Below are positions 44,002 through 49,653 of a stretch of DNA of 49,653 bases, in pieces. How positions within the stretch are numbered: the first letter of the stretch is position 1; each line of letters starts with the position of its first letter. The translations under genes were made by a program, and so were the position numbers. This stretch comes from Methanobacteriota archaeon. GTDB taxonomy: Archaea; Thermoplasmatota; Thermoplasmata; SG8-5; DAIRED01. The stretch lies in NCBI GenBank assembly GCA_043799545.1, contig JAZDNO010000021.1, positions 1-49,653 of the forward strand, given 5' to 3'. The notes below the pieces were generated by a model that was not told the DNA's origin, did no database searches, and worked only from the letters and a program-made list of their open reading frames with translations.

Positions 44002-47000
44002 TTAGTACGACTTGGTCCAGACTCCGTCCGAGGTGACCTTCACCCAGTACGCATTGTCGGGCGCCATCAGGCTCGCGTCGTTCATCGCGCTGGTCAGGTA
44101 CGTCTGCCCGCCGTCGTACTGCTCGACGGTCTGTACGGTCGTTCCCGAGACATCCGCCTTGAACATAGCGACCGTGTACCCGAGGTCATCCGACGGGAAG
44201 CCAACGAGGTTCCAGCCAGCCTTGAGCGTGATGTTGGTCAAGACTGGCGTGGTGTACGCGGCTCCGCCGATGCATATCTGGCCGTCGCCGACAACGGTCA
44301 CGAAGAGCCAAATGCCCATCGTAACGTCGACTGCTGTGAGGTCGTTCAAAGCCGGGTTCCATACGGTGTAGTACTGCTTCCACACGTCGGCCCCGCCGTT
44401 CGGGTCGTACCACATCGCGCGGGTCCACTGGACCAAGCCGGCTCCGCCGTTCGCAAGGTCCGTCAGAGCGCCCGGCATGGAGGTCGGCCCGGAGATGTTC
44501 ACGGACACGAGGTTCCAGCCGATGTGGTCCACGGTTATGTTCTGCCAAGGCGACGCAGCCCCGGCAGTGACGTTAATCCAAACGCTGACCGCCGCGCTCC
44601 ATCCGTTGCCGGTGTTGCCCGGAGCGGCCTCGTGGCCCCTGACGAATATCTGGTGGTTGGTTCCGCCTGGCCAGGCCGCCGTGGGGATTGCGTACGTGAA
44701 TGCCTCGTCGATGTTGTCGAACGCCCCGTCGCCGTTCATCGGGGTTCCCAGGCCAGCGCCCGGGTCCGTGGTGTCGTACCACTCGGCCCCGTCCATCTTC
44801 AGGATGTCCTCCCATGTGGAGGAGTCGTCGAAGACGGACGCTGTGAGTGCGACCGAGGCTGTTCCCTGCGGGATTTCAACGGCAGTGACGCCGTCCACTA
44901 GGACGTTGCTCGCCAGCGGCGCCTCGTTGAACTTCGAGGCCCTTCCGGTGGAGAATCCCTCGGAGTGCGCGTCCACCGCGGTCACGATGTACCAGATGTT
45001 GAACACCATGTCGTCCGCCTCGCCGTAGTGCCTGTAGATGTCGGTTCCCGCCGGGACGCTTGCCAGGTAGTCGAACGGCCCCGCTGAGTCGCCGCCTGTG
45101 AATTCGTCGGAGTAGTAGACGTTGTAGTATGTGACGTCGTTCGCGCCCGCGCCGTCGTCGGCGCTCAGGTCCCACTGCACGTTGATCGTTGTGTTTACTG
45201 GAGATATCAGAGAACGCACGTACAGATTGTCTATGAATACCGTGTCCGGGACCGCGTCGCCGCCGGTGTCGGCCTTGACGCGCAGGTAAAGGGCTCCCGA
45301 GAATGTCGTCGGCATGCTAGCCATGTAGGTCGCGTACGATGCCGAGTTGATGGTTATCAATGTGGTGTACGGACCTGCGAGGGTCTGCGACCATCCGATG
45401 GAGAACGTGTCGTCCGCGCCCGCGCTCGTGCGCGCTGTGGCGTAGACCGTGTTGCTCAGGGTGTTCGCCGGCATGTTCTGCATCGTCCAGCGGTGCTCGG
45501 CGTTGTAGCCGGACTGCTGGGCGGTTATCAGGATGTCGTCGATTTTCAGCTGGTACCAGTCCGTGCAGAGGCAGTGCTCCCAGGCCACGTAAATCATCTG
45601 GCCGATGTACGGCGTGAGGCTTGCCGTGCGCTGGGTGTATGCGATTCCGGTCAGCGTGTAATCTGCGATGAGGTTGGTGAATGCACCCGCTGTCGGGGTC
45701 GTCGTCGAGACCCTGACCTGGTATCTCTCGGATGGCCAGGCAGCGTCCTGAGCGGCATCCCACCAGGTGGCTGTCGCCGTCGTGTACCCGCCCGTAAGGT
45801 CTATCTGCTGGGTTATCAGGTAGTTGTCGGGTGTGAGGGCTCCGACGCCGTTGACGTAGGACTCGCTGTACGCGCCTCGGGTGCCGCTGTGCACCGGCTG
45901 GACCGCGGAGTCCGTTATCTGCATCCAGTTGTACCCATCCCCGTCCGCGTCTATGGTGGACCAGCCTGCCGGCAGCCATCCTCCCTCGAACCCCTCGTCC
46001 ACGAAGGTGACCGTTCCTGCCGTCGCCACTTCCGTTATCTGCTGGGCGCTGCCGTCCAGGGTCTGCGTGAGCCCGTGCACTCCCGCGACCGTGCCGACCA
46101 CCGCGTTGTCCGCGCTCGTCAGCTCGTTCTGGAACACGGCTCCGGTGATGTCCTGCCATTTTATCCGCACCCGGTCCACGTAAAGGGTGTCCGCTGCGGA
46201 ATCCGTGCCGCTCGAGTCTACGACGTTGATGTAGAACACGCCGCTCAGCAGCGGGATGCCGGCCTGGTAGGTCGCCATCGTCTCGCCGTTCACGGTGAGC
46301 AAGGGCGAGTACGGTCCGGCCAGCACTGCCGAGTATCCGAACGTGAAAGAGTCGTCCGGGGTCGCGCTGGTCCTGCCCGTTACTTCAAGGGTCAAGATTT
46401 CCGCCCCCGCCGGCACATTCTGGGTCCTCCAGCGGTGCTCGAGCGAGTATGTCGTCGGGGTGGTGTAGGTGACTGTGACGTTCATGCGGTCGGTCCTGAG
46501 AATCTGGTTACCTGTCACCTGGTAGCAACCCCATGACAGCGTCCCGTTCAACATGTAGTTGCTCGGATTCACGGTTATCGCGGCTCCCACCACGACGTCC
46601 GTGTTAGCCGCTCCGGCGACAGTGCCGCCGATTGTCGTCCAGGTAGTCGTCGACTGGTCCAACGCGTAGAGCTGGAAATTGGTTGCTGCGGCAGACTGCA
46701 GCTCGCAGCTCAGGAATATCCTCGTGACGCTCGCTGGGGACTGGCTGACCACAACGTCGCTCCACATGAACGTCTCGTCGCCGTTCCCGGCTGCGGCCAC
46801 AATCCATCGCGTGTCCTCCGAGGTCGTTATCTGGCCGAAGTTGGCGTCCGTCGCCCTGACCTTCGTGTTCAGATTGGCGCCCGTCGGGGGCATCGCGTCC
46901 ACGTCCGAGGCAAACGCGTTGTGCGGCCCTGCCGCCTGCGTGACACCCGTGTAAGTGTACTGAGCCACTTGGGTTCCGCCCGGTATGGTCGCCTCGAGTA

Positions 47001-49299
47001 TGTTCTCCGTCGCCGCGTCAGGCGCTCCCAGCTCGTCGACGTTCTGGTAACCGTTTGCCAGCGGGGTCACGGTCCCCTCGACCGCGTTGTCCTGGTCCAC
47101 CGTATAGTAGTTGGTGGTCTGCGTCAGCGGCGGCGGGGCGTAGACCCTCAGGTTCTCCGGCGTCGTCGGCAGGTCGTCCACCCACAGTCCGATGTCGTCG
47201 TAGTAGAAGTCCTGCGGCGCCACCGGGCCCTCCCCGAAGAAGAAGACTATGCCCGCGTCGTCGGCGGCGTTCTCCAGGAATCCGAAAGTCCCCTGAGACG
47301 CGCCGTTCCAGAATATCTCGCAGGTGTTTGCAATTGCGTCATAGCTAACGTTGATGTGGTTCCATGTTCCTGGAGTTATCGTCGGCCCGTCGATGATCGT
47401 TCCGCCCGCGCTCCCGTCGCCGTCGACGAATTTCACCTGCCCAGGCTCGGGAATGTTGGCCACAGACAGGTCCGTGCCGAGCGATATTATCGTGACTAGG
47501 TATGTCTGCGTGGTGTCGAGAAGGTATACCGAACCGGCGCCGACGGTCTGCTCCGCGTAGAACCAGAACCCGAAGTTGCCGTACGTGACAAAGTCGCCTC
47601 CCAGGTAAGCCCCCATGTCGCATGCCGTGTCGCTGTTCGCCTCCCACAGGCGAACGCTCTGCGTTCCCGTGTGCGCGACCGCGTCCGATATGCGCACTGT
47701 TCCATCCTGTACATCGCCCCAGGCCGAGACGTCGTCCATGAAAACCTCCGACTGGGTGCCTGTCGTTCCTCGTGCCCGGAATCCCGCGATGCCCGCGCCC
47801 TCGTTCGCAAGGGCTGGACCGCTGCCAACGTAGTTCGCATAATCGATGTCGATGCCCATGTAACATTTGTTGGTCGCATCCATGTAGGCATCTATCCAGT
47901 ACTCGGTGTCCGCGGCGAAGGCCACCCCCAGGTTTGTCCAGGTGACGCCCGTCAGATACTGTATCTGCCCGCCCGAGAACCTCAGCGCCATCAGGATTCT
48001 GCCGTTGAAATCTAGTATCTCGAACGTCGCGCCGTTCGTGTTCGCAATCGTGGTGCTAGTTTTGACGCCCCACGAGACGCCTGCGAACGCGCCCCAGGCG
48101 TACGGCGGCGGGAATAACGCAGTCGTTGATGCCGGCGCCGTCGCGTAGTTGTTCTGGTCGATGTAAACGCTCTGGGCTCCCCCCCCCCCGTACGACCATG
48201 TATCGACGACGTCCACAACGTGCGCTCCGCCCGTGGCTGGTGTAAAGTGGAACCAGTTGTCGACGTAGATGTTTGACGGCGGCTGGGCGGTCGCCTCGCC
48301 CCCGAACCAGAACATCGAGTTTATGTCCGCCTCCGTGGGGTCGTTCCATGCCGAACCCGCTGCGAGCTGTGCTCCGTTCCACCACACCGAATAGGTCTGG
48401 CCCACTTCGTTGTATTGAACGTAGAATTCGTACCACGTGTTCGCTGCATAAGTCGTCAATACAGTCTGGGTTCCGCCTGGGTAGTGGTAAAGGCTCCCTC
48501 CGAAGAAGATGAACTGCATCGCGGGGTTGTTGCCGCCGCCCAGATTATAGTCGTAGAGCCAGAAGTCAGCCCTCTGGGTCGTCGAGGTCAACCTCACCCA
48601 GCATCCGGCGTAGGCCGAGGTGACAGTTCCGCTGGAATCGATCCCCGCGGGTCCGAAGGTGGATTGCGCAGGCTCGTCCACCCCTTCGTTGAACTGGGCG
48701 CACATGGTGCCTGTCGTGAGACCGGTGATGATCGTCCCTGCGGGCGCCCCTGCGGGCGGCGTGACCGCCAGGGTGGTTGCGTCTCCACCAAGGTTCGTGA
48801 AGTCGCCCGCATCTCCCGCCATGTAGCCGGTCGAGAGATCCTGACTCACTACGGTGTCTTCCATGTTCCTCCCCCAGTAAGTTGGTGCGGAGGTTCCGTC
48901 GACTGTGGTCCAGTACGGCGTGTCCGGGTTCTGCCCGACCGTGTCGTTCTCGAAGTCGTCCGGTCCCCAGTTGCCGTACGTTGTCGACGCGACCTCAGTG
49001 ACTACCCACGGCGGGTCGTCCGGCACGTTGCCGACGATTCCGGTCTCAAAACCCTCGTTGAATACTACGCTCTCCGGCCTCTCGACGGGCGGAAGCTGGT
49101 TCAGCTTCATCCTGCCGTCGACCAACCGGGCCGTGTCAAATGCCCTGTCGCCCAATTGAACTGCGCTTGGCAAGCCCTTTGCCTGCAAGGGTACCTGCTT
49201 CGCACCGTCGTTCCCAAACCCACTCAGCCCTGTGAAAACGGTCGCCACCATGGCCACCGCGAACACAAGGGACAATAATTGCCCGAATTTTGCATTCAT
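44002..49299 (-). CDS. Large secreted surface/adhesin-like protein with nested LamG-like, FN3-like and cleaved-adhesin-like domains and C-terminal GWNL domains
   Basis: Signal peptide KFGQLLSLVFAVAMVATVF; Trp/Tyr-rich beta modules ending in xDDI/V; DADGDG Ca-loop; two C-terminal GWNLV repeats; no C-terminal TM. RBS spacing favours ATG 49299 (alternatives 49305, 49320). Confidence 0.85.
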   Translation of the reverse strand: MNAKFGQLLSLVFAVAMVATVFTGLSGFGNDGAKQVPLQAKGLPSAVQLGDRAFDTARLVDGRMKLNQLPPVERPESVVFNEGFETGIVGNVPDDPPWVVTEVASTTYGNWGPDDFENDTVGQNPDTPYWTTVDGTSAPTYWGRNMEDTVVSQDLSTGYMAGDAGDFTNLGGDATTLAVTPPAGAPAGTIITGLTTGTMCAQFNEGVDEPAQSTFGPAGIDSSGTVTSAYAGCWVRLTSTTQRADFWLYDYNLGGGNNPAMQFIFFGGSLYHYPGGTQTVLTTYAANTWYEFYVQYNEVGQTYSVWWNGAQLAAGSAWNDPTEADINSMFWFGGEATAQPPSNIYVDNWFHFTPATGGAHVVDVVDTWSYGGGGAQSVYIDQNNYATAPASTTALFPPPYAWGAFAGVSWGVKTSTTIANTNGATFEILDFNGRILMALRFSGGQIQYLTGVTWTNLGVAFAADTEYWIDAYMDATNKCYMGIDIDYANYVGSGPALANEGAGIAGFRARGTTGTQSEVFMDDVSAWGDVQDGTVRISDAVAHTGTQSVRLWEANSDTACDMGAYLGGDFVTYGNFGFWFYAEQTVGAGSVYLLDTTQTYLVTIISLGTDLSVANIPEPGQVKFVDGDGSAGGTIIDGPTITPGTWNHINVSYDAIANTCEIFWNGASQGTFGFLENAADDAGIVFFFGEGPVAPQDFYYDDIGLWVDDLPTTPENLRVYAPPPLTQTTNYYTVDQDNAVEGTVTPLANGYQNVDELGAPDAATENILEATIPGGTQVAQYTYTGVTQAAGPHNAFASDVDAMPPTGANLNTKVRATDANFGQITTSEDTRWIVAAAGNGDETFMWSDVVVSQSPASVTRIFLSCELQSAAATNFQLYALDQSTTTWTTIGGTVAGAANTDVVVGAAITVNPSNYMLNGTLSWGCYQVTGNQILRTDRMNVTVTYTTPTTYSLEHRWRTQNVPAGAEILTLEVTGRTSATPDDSFTFGYSAVLAGPYSPLLTVNGETMATYQAGIPLLSGVFYINVVDSSGTDSAADTLYVDRVRIKWQDITGAVFQNELTSADNAVVGTVAGVHGLTQTLDGSAQQITEVATAGTVTFVDEGFEGGWLPAGWSTIDADGDGYNWMQITDSAVQPVHSGTRGAYSESYVNGVGALTPDNYLITQQIDLTGGYTTATATWWDAAQDAAWPSERYQVRVSTTTPTAGAFTNLIADYTLTGIAYTQRTASLTPYIGQMIYVAWEHCLCTDWYQLKIDDILITAQQSGYNAEHRWTMQNMPANTLSNTVYATARTSAGADDTFSIGWSQTLAGPYTTLITINSASYATYMASMPTTFSGALYLRVKADTGGDAVPDTVFIDNLYVRSLISPVNTTINVQWDLSADDGAGANDVTYYNVYYSDEFTGGDSAGPFDYLASVPAGTDIYRHYGEADDMVFNIWYIVTAVDAHSEGFSTGRASKFNEAPLASNVLVDGVTAVEIPQGTASVALTASVFDDSSTWEDILKMDGAEWYDTTDPGAGLGTPMNGDGAFDNIDEAFTYAIPTAAWPGGTNHQIFVRGHEAAPGNTGNGWSAAVSVWINVTAGAASPWQNITVDHIGWNLVSVNISGPTSMPGALTDLANGGAGLVQWTRAMWYDPNGGADVWKQYYTVWNPALNDLTAVDVTMGIWLFVTVVGDGQICIGGAAYTTPVLTNITLKAGWNLVGFPSDDLGYTVAMFKADVSGTTVQTVEQYDGGQTYLTSAMNDASLMAPDNAYWVKVTSDGVWTKSY
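48179..48189 (-). repeat. G11 homopolymer within the surface-protein CDS
   Basis: 11 consecutive C on the + strand; reads TAC GGG GGG GGG GGA (YGGGG) on the coding strand. Confidence 0.9.
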
Positions 49300-49534
49300 C
49301 TCCATTCCTCCATCCCGCATCGTAATCCCAAACAGAAAGCAGGGATAATTGTTTTGTTAGGATAGGTTATAATATGAAACTGATACCTTATATAGTTTAC
49401 GCAAAATAATATCTACTACATACATAGCATTTAAATACTACCCCAGAGAACACATATATAGATATATAAATAATATATGAAAATTAAATTTTACATGAAT
49501 ATATACGAATGAAAAACGGAAAAGTAAAGGATTT

Positions 49535-49555
49535 CGGGGCCGCATCGCGGCCCCG
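49535..49555 (-). terminator. GC hairpin downstream of the truncated paralog
   Basis: cggggccgc-atc-gcggccccg; on the minus strand it is followed by aaatcctttactttt. Confidence 0.6.
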
Positions 49556-49573
49556 CATCTAACGGTGTTTTCC

Positions 49574-49651
49574 CTAGTAGCCCTTAGTCCAGGTGCCGTC
49601 CGTGGTGACCTTCACCCAGTAGGCTTTGTCCGGCGCCATCAGGTTCGCGTC
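49574..49651 (-). CDS. 3' end of a paralogous surface-protein gene, truncated by the window edge
   Basis: Translates to DANLMAPDKAYWVKVTTDGTWTKGY*, versus DASLMAPDNAYWVKVTSDGVWTKSY* at the end of the 44002 gene. Confidence 0.85.
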   Translation of the reverse strand, partial: DANLMAPDKAYWVKVTTDGTWTKGY

Positions 49652-49653
49652 TA

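Noticed and set aside
43945-44901. 318-aa + strand ORF and other long antisense ORFs (285..1394, 21515..22573, 38996..40180, 45493..46536)
   Set aside because: They lie fully opposite well-supported genes, which is typical of high-GC shadow frames, and show no motifs.

Overview
Archaeal DNA of roughly 60% G+C, most consistent with Thermoplasmatota. This is inferred from gene content and order (dnaG overlapping a protease-less Lon-like ATPase, UPF0147, a GGR pair, PEF-CTERM), not from a database search. Housekeeping genes include dnaG, lig, nfo, a ferredoxin, an M29 aminopeptidase, two geranylgeranyl reductases, hutH, FKBP, NOG1, tRNA-Gly(CCC) and tRNA-Arg(CCT). No rRNA, CRISPR array, integrase or transposase was seen. 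Four things stand out. (1) Two very large surface proteins are built by recursive, nested domain insertion; one is a ~3090-aa membrane-spanning protein with a cytoplasmic TPR/HhH/zinc-ribbon head, ~26 [TV]NG repeats, a discontinuous 7-blade FG-GAP propeller and a PEF-CTERM anchor. (2) A four-gene membrane cluster carries 20 CxxC-x10-CxxC zinc ribbons. (3) Both tRNA genes have an antisense copy of their own T-arm/acceptor sequence in the 3' trailer, and tRNA-Arg also has three upstream copies of its 5' end. (4) Several proteins end in proteasome-docking-like YX/FX tails, and a 1583-aa helical-repeat protein ends in a RING-like finger. Family assignments come from motif recognition by eye. Start codons were adjusted where the ORF track overran.
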